Positions 12,913 through 40,199 of a stretch of 64,000 nt of DNA are shown piece after piece. The notes under the pieces were generated by a model. That model saw nothing but the letters and a program-made list of their open reading frames with translations, had not been told where the DNA came from and did not search any database. This DNA is from Paraspadella gotoi (taxonomy: Eukaryota; Animalia; Chaetognatha): NCBI GenBank assembly GCA_051294375.1, contig CM119264.1, forward strand, positions 12,278,263-12,342,262, given 5' to 3'. The position numbers were made by a program, and so were the translations under genes. The stretch's first letter is position 1; every line of letters begins with the position of its first letter.

Positions 12913-13499
12913 TCAGCCAATGTAAACAGATTCCCTACGTGAGCTGCGGGTTAATTGACGCTCTCGTAATTAATCAAAACACGACTCGTCAGTAACTGAC
13001 TCAATGGTGTCCGGGTCATGAAAATACGCGAGATGATCCAAGAGGCGAGCAACGCGGGCCCGCTGTCTTTTTCGACGCCGTTAGTAAAGCTGACTAATAT
13101 AAGAATTTTTATTTAGTTATGTAAATTACTATCAATGTGTTTTACCAACGGTGTATTTATTTTCTCCCCGTTTTTTTTTTTTAAATCAACCTTTTGAGTC
13201 AATCTGTCTATTTAATATTGCCAGATATTAACCGTTGTATCCAGTTCGCCTGAAAGCGAGTTTACAGCGGGTACGTGTAAACGTATAAACCGCTCCATTT
13301 TTTTCCGTTTATCATTTTGAACCAAGAGAGGTTGCGGGCGACGACTCGACAAGAGTCTCGACAAAGACTTGATCTGATCGATGAGTCTCAAGACCGAAGG
13401 AGATCTCCGGCTGACGGACGAACGAGATGGTCGAGCGTCGTCGTCGTCGTCGTCGTCGTGAATGACAATTCGAAGGTTTGTGGAGGGAAGAAAATTCAT
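12913..13499 (-). CDS. Possible small spliced orphan gene (3' exons only)
   Basis: Phase-consistent GT-AG joins give ...KRKKMERFIRLHVPAVNSLSGELDTT/RARVARLLDHLAYFHDPDTID/SRRESVYIG*. No family was recognised and the 5' end is unclear. Confidence 0.3.
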
Positions 13500-14506
13500 T
13501 GGTTGTCTGGGGCAAAGCCACCGGTAATTGGCGGAAAAGGTTTTTAGGTCGCTGGGGCAAGTTTAAAAAGCTAGTTATTGGCAGGAAGTGGAAATGGTTA
13601 ATATTTCCGATGTGTGAGAGGCTGAAATTTGTTGTAAATTACGTTTTTTTTTCCTTTGGGTGTGATTTCATGGTAACGGTTTACGGGAATCGGCGTTTTC
13701 GAGTCATTTTTTTAAAAATTACCTAATAAACAAATCAGGATAGGTATTTGGCAAGGCCTATAATAGGCATGTGGGGATGTAAGTAATATAAAAACATTAG
13801 TTACCATCAGGATCTTGATTCGGCCTGGCAACAACCCAATATCCCGTCGAGGCGAATTTCACGGCACTTAATTTACCACGTCAATTAATCAAATACCTGT
13901 CAGGGCTGATCCTAATCGCCCACCTCAACTCCGATCACAATAAAATAGTAAAGAATACAAAACCACATGATTTCTAATGGGAAAAATTCTGTCATCAGGG
14001 AGCTCCAAATTTTCGTTTTGCAGAACCAATTTGCAAGTGTGTCCTTTATCCTGTAGGAAAAATTCCAAGATTAAAATATCATTTATATGAGAATTTCAGG
14101 ATGTCAGATGGATTTAGCTGTCGTCGTCGTCGTCACCGTCGTCGTCTCTGCAGCCTAATTTTCAAAGAGAATTTATTCCTTTTCCCCTCTCATTCGAAAT
14201 AACACGCATTAAACGATTGTAAAAATGAATCAGAAATCCCGACGGCATTGGGACAGAAGGGGGACGCTCAGACTCTGCCCGACGTTTACTGCTCAAAATT
14301 CAGATTTATCTTTTTCGTGAATTTTCGTTCCGCCATGAGGGAGACTTATATTAAATGCGAAGGGACCAAAGAAACGAACGAAAACGAAAAAAAATGGGGA
14401 AAATTATGGTTTTAGAGGCGATAAATTGAGAGTAACAACCGAAGCGGGTGAGTGGTGAGCTTTCGAGGCAAAGCGTTGACTCGTCATCTTTGCGATGTAT
14501 CAACAC

Positions 14507-14592
<86 letters not shown>

Positions 14593-15209
14593 TCCCTTTT
14601 TCTCCTCTCTTTTTATTTTTTTTTTCAAAATAAAACTCGACTTTTGAAATAAAACAGAAAAAATGACCACTTCGATGTAGACCGAGTGAGATTCATCCCG
14701 AACAAAAGAGAAACGTTTACGTGAAATTTTTACCACCCAGCCAAAAAAGAAACCATTAAAAACAAAAGAGATAACAAACGAAAACAAAAAAAAAAGATGT
14801 GAAAATTTTTTTTCGGTCTTTTTAATTGGAAATAGGGATAGGAGTGAAAATTACTTTTCAACTCTAATTAAAAAATGAAATTTTTAAAAAAATCACTATT
14901 TCATAAGTTTTTTTCACTTCATAACCGAAAGAGCGCGCATTCGTCCTCCCTATTTCGTTCGCGGGATGCGTTGGTGCGATCAAATTCAATCCTAGTTCGT
15001 TTTAGTTTCACCTGTCCGACTTAATAAATTCGCTCATCAACTCTTTTATTTTCGTTTGATCGAGGAAAATTTGTTTCTGGTCTCCCCAAACGGGATTTCG
15101 AATGCGATTAAGCGAGTCGAATAAAAAAATAAATAAATAAATATTTTTTTAAAGCTTTTTCCCCCCAATTTCCTGATCGTTCGGCCCTGGCCTCTCTCAT
15201 CTTTTCTCT

Positions 15210-15300
<91 letters not shown>

Positions 15301-17163
15301 ATTCTCTCCCCTTCCCCTCTCTTAATTTCAGAGCTAAGTTTTGAAATACCAAAAATTAATCAAGGTTAAAAAAAACTTTTAAAAGCAAGAGTGGGATTTA
15401 AAAACGGAAAATGCAGTATGAAATAATTAAATTGTGGGACTTTAGCGCAATGACGGCCCAAAAACGTAAGCAACAACCACATCCTCATCAACATCGAAAT
15501 CTGTCCGAACAACATCACCCATTCCTAAGATCACTCCCACAAACAAAAGCGCGAAAACAACAGGGATCATCGACGGATGAACATCGCCCGATAAGAAAAC
15601 AACAACAAGACGAAGAACAACAACAACCTCTAAAGGCGATCATCGGTTGGCGCGGGGCTCCCGATGGGCGGCCGACTCGATCTGACCTCCGCGTCACGAA
15701 CTGGTAATCACGAGCGAAAAAAAAAAATATTTAAAAAAAAAATTAGATCTCAAAAAATCGAATAAAATCGATGGGTTTTTATTGAGACGGAAAATCAACT
15801 TCGCTCTCCCACCAACAATTGGGATTTTTTTTTCTTTAATTTTTAACGTGGATCGGAAAAAAAATTTAATTTCTTAAATTTTAAATGACTGAGAATAAAG
15901 CAGTTAAAAATAACTTCGGTCTTTGCCTCATCTTATTGGGAGAATTTCTTTGCTCTTTATGATCAAATCTCGCGTTCCTCGTTTAATATATTTCGTCATT
16001 TACTATCGAATTTTAATGGTTTTCTCACTTTGTAAAGTGCTTAGTATTCTTAAATCGGTTTATTTTTTTATTTTTAATTAACATTAGTTGCGTTTTTTTT
16101 TAAAATATCGATTTATTTATTGCTGCATTTAAGGAGCGAGTATCTCGCTGAGAGTAACTCGCAAGAGAAGCCGTAAATGTGTTCAATGGTGACGGGTTTA
16201 CAGTTATTTTTTGATGTAACCAGAATTAATTGGCGCGTTAATACGTCTCATTGAACCATCTTTTTTTTAGTTGAACTTTCAAATTTTTATCATTCCTCTT
16301 CTGATAATTTTTTTTCAGCAAAAAATTGTTCGGATTAATCGGAAAACGTCTGAGAAAACGGGATGATAAAGGTGAGCTCTCCTCTCGTCTTGATAATTCT
16401 ATAAACAAAAAAAAAATCTCACAAATTCATGCAAAACTTTCTTGTATTCATAAGAAAAGGAAAAAAAAACAACAACTAATGACAACAATATTTGAAAAAT
16501 TTCCTTTTTCTTGGGGACAGATTTTTTTCAAGCAAAACTGGAACAAATTTTTCCAAAGAAAACTTCGATCAAGGTATGTCGTTAAAAAGAAGGATTTCGG
16601 AGTACTTTTTGTAATAATAGTTTTTGTAATTACATTTTTTAAATGAAAATCGTGACGTATGTTAAATTTGGTTATTTGCCACGAAAGTAAAAATTTGCCT
16701 CTTTTATACTGCAACGAAATTAATCTTGAAAAGATTACAGCCTTACTATAACTTTCTTTCTCACGTACCTGGGTGGCCATTCACATCTCAGCTAGCAATC
16801 TCAGAGATGAGTAATATGAGCACAATGTTAAACAAGCTGATATAAGAGAGTTTAATCAGCGATCAGCAATCTTTTAAAACGGTCAGAACCTCCAGGTTTT
16901 TGCGTTGCCTTTGCCGAAACCCTAACCGTAATCCCACCCTCTTCCTTCAGCCGACAAATTTCGGATTCGATTCTTCCACGAAAAACGAGAATCGATTTTT
17001 TCAAAACAAAATTTCGAATCCGAGAAACAAAAAAACTGAGTCGGCAGATTGGGATCTCGCCGCCGCCCCCGGCGCCTCCACCGCCGGTTCTGCCGCCTCG
17101 CCGTTCTTCGCCGCCACCTCCTTCCCCGCCTCCACCGCCACCCCTGCCGCCGGATTCGTTATA

Positions 17164-30357
<13,194 letters not shown>

Positions 30358-30768
30358 GAGTTGGCGCCAAACTGTCCGTCAAGTCCAAATTTCGGACCGA
30401 CCCGATTCTCTTTCGTGGAAGAGAACATCTCATTAACTTCTAGGTTCTTCCCAAATTTTTTTGCCACAGAAGTCCTGTATGAATCCGAATATGTTTAATG
30501 CGAGCGTTACAAATGCCGATCGATGCATCCGCCTGATTACTGCTTATTTTTAAATTTAATATCACTTTTAAGTCTTGTTATTCTTGTCAATTATCTATTT
30601 TAACGTTTAATGCAACTTACTTTTCGTCATTAAAACAGAAAAAAATGATTACGAATCAGTTGTATTTAATTCAACCCAAAAATCTAAACGATGTGCATTT
30701 AATTTAAAAAGCAAAACACACTAGAAAAATTAACAGAAAATTGAGACTCGTCTACGTTTTTTAATCAA

Positions 30769-32829
30769 TTACGTAAGTTTGTGAGCAAAGACGACTTCTG
30801 ATAATTTGGAGCGGGGATCTCTCGACTTCATGGCTTCCACGAATTTCTCGTGGGATTTTATTTGTGCTTCCGGTATCAGTTTAGTCTGACTTTTATTCCT
30901 GTACCAATCGTCCAGGCATATGTAGGTCAGGGGCTTGTAGGGGTATTCAGGCGTCAACTGCAATTTGTTGGCCTATGTCAATAATTGGTAAATTAATATT
31001 ACCTAAACAGGGTACACTCAATGATAAAAATTAACCGATTAAGCCTTTAATTTCAGATATACCTGAAAATGAGGAAGTTTGACGAGATTTTGGAGGTCAG
31101 CGAGTCCAAAAATGCAGACACCGCGGACAATGTGACGCGAAGAGCATTCGAATTTGTGGCGGAGATCATTGGAAAATCCAATGCAAGGGGGCGAGTCGGC
31201 AGGAGCTGAAAAACAAAATAGCAATCGTGGTTACGAGGGAGAATGAAAAGAGATCGGTCCATTGCATTGGAACTCCCCTCACCTCCCACAACACATTGGC
31301 TTTGCTTATCCAGATCGTGGACCCAGGCGACGAAAGTAGCGAGAAAAGGTATAGACTCAGGGTCCTTGCCGCCAGCGCCCCCTGGTGCCCCCAACTTAGG
31401 GTCATGGTGCAAGGAGGCCCAGAAAGTCTCATCGGCTGCCTCGGTGCCCTGCAGCCAGCGTCGAAATTGCTGGGCCGTCTCGTTGCGGAGCGCGAAATCG
31501 ATGAAGGCACGAGAGAAAGCTCCGTATTGACTGCCCTTAGTGAGAGAAATGCCGCCTGGAGGTGGGGAGTGACGACTGCGCCAGCGAGCGTGATTTAAAA
31601 TTCGCGTCCCATGGATGTCGTTGAAACCAGAGTAGTTGCGAAGAATCGACACCTAATAAGCAACAAAAATGGAATGAAATAAATATTGACTACTTGAATT
31701 GTCCATTTGAAAAATACTACTTTTGTATACCATTTCATCAACAGTCCGCAGCGGATATGCGTCCCCGGGGAGATTTAGCAAGTAACGCCACTTGACGGGC
31801 GAATTCAGCAACGCCTCCATGCAGCTAAGATGAGCCTCGAGGAGCGAATCGTCGCCCCAGTCGATGCGAAGGCGCCTGGATGGAATCAGGAGGTTGGGGA
31901 GGCAAGAGGAGAGGGATGCGAATGCCGAGTGGTAGGAGTTTTCCGTCTTTGCGTCGATCTGAAACAATATTGCGTTAATTTTTCCTCATCCCAGTTACGA
32001 ACTACCACGCCTCTTCCACTCGTACTTGAACGCAATAGACGTTGCGGCGCCGATATAAGGCACGCAAAAGTCTGACCGATTGTTCGAAGTCGTCGTGAAA
32101 GATCATTATGAATGCGAGCGGAAACTCATCAGCATCGACAACGGGTTGGAAGGCGGCCGTCGGAGCGTCATTTGATTCGCTTTTGACGTCGACGGAAATT
32201 GGAAGATCTGTCGAGGTTTGATTACAAGAATACATTACAGATAGATTATAGCGAATTCACTATTCATGGATTGTCTCCATCCCGGGTTTTTGAAATCATG
32301 AAATTAGTAAAACTTGTCCATTCATTTAATAAATAAGCTATCTTACCCCTTATTCTTAAAATTTTAATTCCAATAAGAAACCACAACAAAAATAAGACAA
32401 AATAACCTAAAAAGCCAAGGTCCTTAGTGGCGCCCACGCAGCCGAAATTTCTGATAAGCGCAATGACCTCGTCGGGTTCCAACCAGTGGGTTTTCTTCGC
32501 CCGAGACGCTCGTGTAATTTCGATCGAATCGCCGGAAATTACTTTGGCGCAGTCGATCTGATAGTGATAGTCATTCTGTACATTCTTGACGCACACGCCC
32601 ACAAAATTCGCTGTCTTCTCTTGCATCAACCAACCTGGTAATGCAAGCCGGTCTCCAGTGCGACGGGCGCTTTCCCAGCCGCCCATCGTCGTACCCTCGG
32701 CGTGAAAGAGTCGAAGATGCGAAAGACGAAGGCCAAGCCCACCACCACGATGAAGACGATAGCCCACCGAAAATCCGACGACACGATACGCTTCGTCATT
32801 CGTCGCAGCCAACGAGTATTCAATTCCAT
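30769..32829 (-). CDS. GCNT: Beta-1,6-N-acetylglucosaminyltransferase (core 2/I-branching, GT14), type II membrane protein
   Basis: N-terminal TM segment, IDCAKVISGD, EFPLAFIMIFH...RLLRALYRRRNVYCVQIDAK, IDWGDDSLLEAHLSCMEALL, WRYLLNLPGDAYPLRT, KGSQYGAFSRAF, ADETFWASL (catalytic Glu) and RGVCIFG. Confidence 0.92.
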
Positions 32830-33599
32830 AAGAGGTGAAGGAGTGAGCGAGGGCAAGCCGCGCCCATGGATGGAGAGGAAGTAGGGGGTAATGGTAGAGG
32901 AAGTGATATAAAATAAAATACAGAGAAACGGTGAATGATGACGATGTTCAGAAGAGATGAATAGCAAAATAATAGAAATGGTAAACTATAAAACTGAAGA
33001 ATGAAAAAAGAAGGTAATAAAATTTAACACTTAACGAAGAGTGATTATAAAATTGTATTTATAACTTAGAATGGACGAAATCCGTGTGCTAGAATCTTGT
33101 TTTTTTCTTTGACCCAACCTGTTACCTACCTTCGCTTCAAATTCTGATTCGCTGTTAACCATCCACGCTGATTGGTGCATTTACGAACAGGTTCAGGAAA
33201 GTGAGAAAAAAGGTTTTCCTGACATGACTTGTTTTTAAGAGCGGAAAAATTTAAGATTTTCATTTTGATCAATTCGGTTCTGGTTAGTTCTATAAAAATA
33301 TATGAAAATAAAATGTTGCATTTTTGGCAAACTTATTCCGTCATTAAAAATAATGAACTTGTACTATATATAATAATTTTTATAAATCGCTTTCAATAAC
33401 GTATTAAAATGTTATTTCCAAAGAAATGTCGAAAAAACTCTGTAGAAGACTTTCGTATTAAGTTTCTCAATCATCTTAGGCTCTTCCTTTGCACCCTAAC
33501 ATAACTTTCAAGCGCGCCAAGGGCCCAAGACGCGTCTTTTAACTTGTCGTCCTCCGCCACAATCTAGTTATCACCTCTAGTCTCTTAATCCCGACCAAA

Positions 33600-35844
33600 A
33601 TGGGGATCATGCAGGTAGCTTACTATACACACTAACAACAAAATGGTGCTCTCAGCTTCTTAATAACGTTATTAACAAAATAACATGCAGGGTGCCAAGA
33701 GTTCCTACCCCCGGGGGGCGTACTTCAATCCAAATCAATGGAACGAAGTAAGCCGGGAAATTATTCTCAAAGAGGACAGGATAAGAGAGACACATCCGGC
33801 TACCTTGGTTCAGGTAAGAACCATACTAATAATAATAATTTTCTCGAGATGATCAATTCTTAATTTTTATCAATATATACAAGATTTCTGAGAATAGCTA
33901 AAACACTGATTTCCATTCTTCCCAGAAACAAAGAGTTAAGGGTCCTGAATATCAGTCTTATCTACAAAGGGTCAAATCATACTTTCCTCCAGCCAAAGCG
34001 CAGTACGAAGAAGTGAGAACTCAAGTCGGATTCAATTGATAATAATCTTTATTTACGTTCCTGATTAAAAAAGCTACCATTTCAAAATAAGCAGTTGAAA
34101 AGAAACAACTAAAAAAACAAAATTTTAGTGACGATTTTTTTGGTGCATGAACAGAAAAAAATGATTTTGAAAATGAATTATTTTCTTATACAATCACAAT
34201 TCTAAGATATAATTTTTTTGTCTTTCAGAATATTTAAAAAAACAATTGCATAATATAGTATTTTTGTTTTTACTTATGGAAAGCCCTTAAAAATATAAAG
34301 ATTGTAAAATATTTATAAATGCTGTAACATAAAAATTAGCCTGCCCAGACTCAGTTTAAGTATCACATTCGAAATTGAGATGTCTTTAACATAAAATATA
34401 TCTTTTAAAAGAAATTATTTGTTATAAGTATAACAAATGGGTGTTCAAAAACTGTTCAGAAACTGATAACAAAACGGTAATTGTGGTGTATATTCACACC
34501 TCCTCAAAAAACTTTCCTGTGTTGGCAAAGCGAGACCGTCCTATGGTAACTGCGCCAGTGGCAGGTTGGAATCCCTTAAAGCCAACAGTGATGGTAATGG
34601 GCATCATAGGCAACCCGGTTTTTTATATATAATAATCATAAATCTGTCCTCTGTCTACTTTTTATTCAAAATCTGTTCAAATTTTTGTTATCTTACCTAA
34701 TTAAACCAAGGCTGCGAAAGTTAATTTTTTCAGAAGGTGAATTTTAAAATAAAAGATCATTTTCAAAGCTAACTTGCTCCGCTCATTGCCAAGTTCATGC
34801 AGATCAAAACCAATTAAAGTTAATATGAAATTTGAACCAATAAATACCAATAAATAGTTTTGGTTTTTAATTCGCAACTTTTAAATTAAGAATTTAAATC
34901 TGTAACGGTTAGCAAATGGCAGCTTTTTTTTTAGTAGAGAGATTTATTTTGTCAGAATTTTTAAAAAAATGAGTAATTGGCGTTTTTTATGCTAAAGCGA
35001 TCCCTTTACGACCTGCTTCACCCGAAAGGAAAGTTCAGCTACAACATGTACTTGGCATCACTCCCTAAAAACGACTTTGATTTGAGGCCGAAAATTGATC
35101 CGGATGACCAAGATAAACAGATGGTATTTTATAGCTATAAATGAACCGTCTCTCATATTTTTTTTAAGTAATATTTTTCGGATTCCCTCTTCAGATCCAG
35201 CCATACAGAACTAGCGGAACCTACGGCCATCACTGTTGCAAATTTAATATCAATTGCGCAGAGACCCTCAAACATTGCAAGGATTTCGTAAGAAGATGCA
35301 TAATTGAGGAATCATTTTACAGGTGCTTAAATGTTGTTACAAAATTGGTTTTTCTAGTGTTTACGGAGTATGCTTTATATATGTAAATGTACGTATGTGT
35401 GTAATAACTTAACTCTGTAATAAATGTAAAGACATCTCTGAAATCTTCAATTTTTTCACCGAGACGAGAGTTAGATTTCAGCCAATTTTTTTTTATATTC
35501 AGAGCTTAAAATTTAGTAAAAGTATTGATTAAAAAGCAACGAATTATGAATTTCGACTTGTTTTTAGGGACAATGGAACTCATCCCCTTCAACCATCATG
35601 GGTGGAGAAGGACTGTTTGGAAATCAATTTACAACAAGAAGACGTGAGTGTCACTGGAAAGAATAGTTGAATACAATTGAATTAAATTTAAATTATTCAG
35701 ATTCTTTCATAAAACTGCTGGTGCTGGAAAATTGCAACTCTTACATGTTTTGCATTTTTTAAATTTATTTGAAATTATTGACTGCCAGATTTTATAATGT
35801 ATATACTAAAATTTCCTAATTAGATACAAAAGATTACACGCTAA
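33600..35844 (+). CDS. Approximately 200-aa protein resembling the SPMIP1/ATP6V1FNB (sperm/ciliary microtubule inner protein) family; seven short exons absent from the ORF track
   Basis: Exons start at about 33600, 33691, 33926, 34999, 35195, 35568 and 35824 and splice in phase: NQWNEVSREIILKEDRIR...YLASL...PYRTSGTYG...FVRRCIIEESFYRDNGT. This matches the recalled W-x-E...KE..R / P.TS..YG / F.R...I...FYR.NG pattern. Confidence 0.6.
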
Positions 35845-37135
35845 TAAATTAATAAGGTTGTGGCCAAGATGCCGAAAACGACTGTGAAGAAAGACAATGG
35901 AAAAATCGTCGGCGTTTGGGGCAACGTTTTTAACCAGTGGTGAACCAGAGGGTATACGAGATGTAAATATCAACTTGGCTATATTGAGAATTGCTGTTTG
36001 GTAACCAACAAGACTATCTGTTTAACTATTCACATATCGGTATCTAGACTGTTTTTTTTTGTTTCTCTGCCTCTATAATAAATATTATCACTCAGAGAAT
36101 GATCTTTTCAATATGATGAAAACAAAAACTAAACAACAGCAACATGTAAATTGTTAAATAAAAACATTTAACAAAAAGCTTTGGGTTTTAATTTTTCTGG
36201 TTTACATTAGCCATAGCCGTTCAACGTTAAATGCTAATGTGTACCGTGTCGAAATAATCGATTGTAAGAATAGATTTTAGCGTAATGATAATGATTTTTT
36301 TTTATTTCATTACTTTAGAAAAACCAAATTAACGTTGATGAAGGCTTGCATAAAAGCCGAAACCTGTCCGTTTTCTGTGTGAAAATAAAATCGTGTTGTT
36401 TTTTCAGTAAAAATAAAAAATAAAAATTATTAAATCTTTGAAAGGTGATGATTTTTTATGTTTTTTTTTCTATTTTTGATATATTCATCATCAAAATAAT
36501 AAAAAAAAATTGGAACGCCGCCGACGACGACGCCACTTATGTGCAAAACCACAGCAATATCGTCGCAAATGCAAAGCGATTGCGACGATAATAATTATTC
36601 GTTGTCCTGAAAACTTTTTATAAGCTATCCGAATCTGGTCTTAAAAATTAAATTTAAAAAACAAAATTTTTGCCTTCCCTATCTATAAATAAATATTAAA
36701 AAATAATTACTAAGGTATATTAAATTATTTTATTGATAGTTACCTAAACTATGTATAAATTTTCATTTGAGCAGGTACTCACTTAAAACACACCCCATTG
36801 AGTCTGGCTCCCCCTATTTACATTTTTTTCACCTGAACGCGATTTGATGACTGAGGATGGAACAGCAGTGAAGACGATGGCAGCTTTCGATTGATGCTAC
36901 TGCTTTTTTCCTGAAGTGATGAGCTGGTGTATATTGAACAATTTGTTTTTACGACGTGCACCGTCGAATTAGAAATGGTGTAGGTAGCCATTGTTTTAGC
37001 GGGACATTTTACCATCCTTTTTTCTTCAGCAAAAAACAAAATTAGAAATAAAAATAAAGAAAATGCTTAATGGAATGAAATTGAAAGACAACTATAAAAT
37101 GAAATAAGTTAAGAACTGAATAAGGCATGGTATCA

Positions 37136-39988
37136 TCAATCCCAATTGACAAGTGCATCAAGTTGGTCTTCTTCCGATTCGGCAGTGCGCCAATCCAACA
37201 TTTGGATCGACGGAAGCTTCACCATGTCGGCCTCAGAAGATAATGTTCGCCGTAGATCAACTCTCAGCTTCATTTTTGCGGACATCAGAAGAAACTTCCA
37301 CTTGAGCTTAGGGAGAGTAGGAGAGGAGGAGAAAAATTTTTTTTTTTCACTTTATTTTCATTTAAGTAGGTTTAGATAGCAATTATCATATTGATTTTAC
37401 AAACAATAATAAATCCGAATTAGAATTTAAAAGAAATTTTAAAGCCGCCGGATCTTGCTTTTCTACTCGATCAAATTTTTATTGGCTTAGTATATCATGA
37501 TAAAACACCTTTGTCTTGAGAGACTCTTCCAACCCAAGAAACTCCGAAGCCATGAGCCCCTCCAACATCCTACGAATAACGTCGTCGCCGACCCACACGC
37601 GCGTCAACGTCCCAGTTTGATCACTGACCTCCACCACAACGCCGAATTCTAACTCTCCCTTTCGGTCCAAGTGATTACCTAATACGACAGATAATAAAAA
37701 AAAATCGCACCTGCGATTCTTGAATGGAAATAAGCAAAGCCGATTTTTCAGGGAGCGGTACACCATCTCTTCCAACCAATGATCACACAACGCATCTCAA
37801 TCGCGTTATCTCTCACAATACTTACTGGCTACACCTAAACCCGTCTGCCCGCTTCGACGACAATCTAGACACGCTTCGTCTTCTATTCTCCTCAAGCGCT
37901 TCCTGCAATCGACGCAACGTCTCAGGAGATACGCGGTTTCGTCATCGGCGTCGATGGGAAAAGAGGTGAGCATGCCATAGACGACCACGTAAACGGGAGG
38001 GGAGACGATTGCTACGGCGGAATACCAGTCGGGGAGAAGGAAACTGAAAACTCAACTGGAGAGACCGCTAACCTTTTACGTCCTTCGTATCACCTTCTTC
38101 GTGGAGCCTTCTCCGTTTCTCCTCCACTATTCTCCAGACATCCGCCACCTCGACGACGTCCTTCACATCCGCTATATCAACGGCGTGGTCCTCTTGCGCT
38201 GTAAAAGAGGTCAGATCGAGGTCTCGCATCCAGTTGGAGAGACGCCGTGCGGGGGTTGACTCTGGCGAGTGTTGAATCATCGTCCGCGCGTCCGTTTGCG
38301 CCACGACACATTTTCGATAATCGTCGTTGATGATCTTGACATTCTGCAAAGGTCATAGTCGCAGTAAATATTTCATAAATACAATAAAAGCGAGTTATAT
38401 CGCCCCATGAAAAGTAAAAATTTGCCTGAAAATAAGCTACGGATCTAACTGGCCAATAGCGGAACAGTTGAATTTCCTCCCGGTTCCAAGTTTTAATCTC
38501 AAAATGCGTACAAGTTTCGTCTGCGACTCTCAAGGTCGCCGTCGAACGACGACCGTATTTCGTCTCAACGGTTCGACTCCCGGAGAAACTCTGGGACGAG
38601 GATAAAGTATAACGGAAAAGTATGTATTGAAGAGAAAGTGAATATTGAAATTAGGGTTAAGCAACAAAAAAATACTCACACCTTTATCCCAACTAACAGG
38701 TTAGCCCTGGATCCCTTGGTCGCATGGGCCAGACTTTCGAGGCTATCGACATTAAATACGTTTTTCAATGGCATACGCAGCAGCGACGCCAGGGTAGAGA
38801 GTTCGCGTCCCAAGTAGTACGTCACTGAACCCGTGGACTCGATCAACGATAACTGGAGGAATGGAAAAGTTGGAAAAAATAAAACCAGGAACATTGAATT
38901 CAATTACAAATACAAAGCGACAAAGAAGATCCCATTTCATTACCGCACAAGGGTATGGACAAAAAGGGCCGAATTTCTCCTGTTCCTCGGTGAGTTTCCT
39001 TAACTTAGCTCCCCGGATCTCCACCGCGTCCCCAATGGCGAAAGCCTTGGATATTTATCGGAACGAGTTGATTATCATTATGATTAAATATACCACATAA
39101 ATACGTCATATATAATACATAATACGTTTTTTTTCCACCTGTAAGTTTTAACAAACTAAGTTTCACACCTCAGCCGTTCGTTGGACCCATTGCTCTTCGC
39201 CCCAACATGTGGCGTTAATCCAGTCTTTTGGAGAATCACGTACGGTAAATGCCAGACGCCATCTCTCGCCGCAATGGGCTATAACATTTCAAAGTAACAG
39301 ACTAAAACTTATCATTTCAAAATTTTTTAGATGTAAGAAAATATATTTTTGGGCATATTAAAAGAGGTTATATTGTGGCCCCGCCTCACATCCAGCTTCA
39401 TGTGGGTTGGAAGCCCCCAAAGCCAACAGTGAGATGCCCGATCCCAATGGGCATCACAGGCAACCTGGCTGTTGCCATAATATTACATAATCAAGATGAG
39501 AGTGCCTAAGTTAAAAGATGTCTGATGATTTAATGGTAAAGGATTCGAAGGTAAATCAGTTTCATTGTGCATACATATTATTAATAAAAAACGTTAAATT
39601 ATTTTTTTCGGATATAAACATTGAACCCAATTGGGTGCCATGAAAAATTGACTGGCCTTTACTAATGAAAGCCCTCGGTTCCTGTTTGGCAATGACGACC
39701 CCGATGACTTCGTAATCAGTGACTCCCTTCGACGTCGACGAAGCTTCGCAACTAATTTCGCGAATAAAGCGACGCATGACTGGGGCTGAGGAAGGGCGGT
39801 GGGAAGTGTATCGGGTTGCGGCGGCCCAAGGAGGCTTCAAACTCCTTTCATAGGAAAGAAAATAGTTATCAAAAACCTCTGTCTACTGACCGTTCCGCAT
39901 TTAAATTATCTCTTCGAGGATTGTACCTTCTGGCTTCAGAATCGTTATCACCTTCTGCCCACAAGTCAAATTCTTCCGTGTCGTCCAT
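37136..39988 (-). CDS. MEIOB: Meiosis-specific OB-fold ssDNA-binding protein
   Basis: YEVIGVVIAKQEPRAF, ERWRLAFTVRDSPKDWINATCW, FAIGDAVEI...EQEKFGP, LRVADETCTHFEIKTWNRE, VEVSDQTGTL and LKWKFLL are colinear with human MEIOB as recalled. Confidence 0.88.
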
Positions 39989-40199
39989 CGCAGTGTCAAA
40001 ATTAAACAAGTACTGACGATAAACGGAACGAGCATGGTATACTTATCACTCATGTATATTGAATATTAGTGAAAATAAAGGAATCATTAAAAAAAAGACA
40101 TTTGATTGAAAGAAAAAGGGGAAAAATTAACAAGATTAAGTGAATTAGTAACTTCAAGTGTAATGCAATAATTAAGACTTTTGTTTTCGAAGTGGATTC

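Noticed and set aside
32576-32634. Apparent frameshift near the GCNT 5' end
   Set aside because: A 59-nt GT-AG intron explains it and joins HYQ/NDYHYQIDC in phase.
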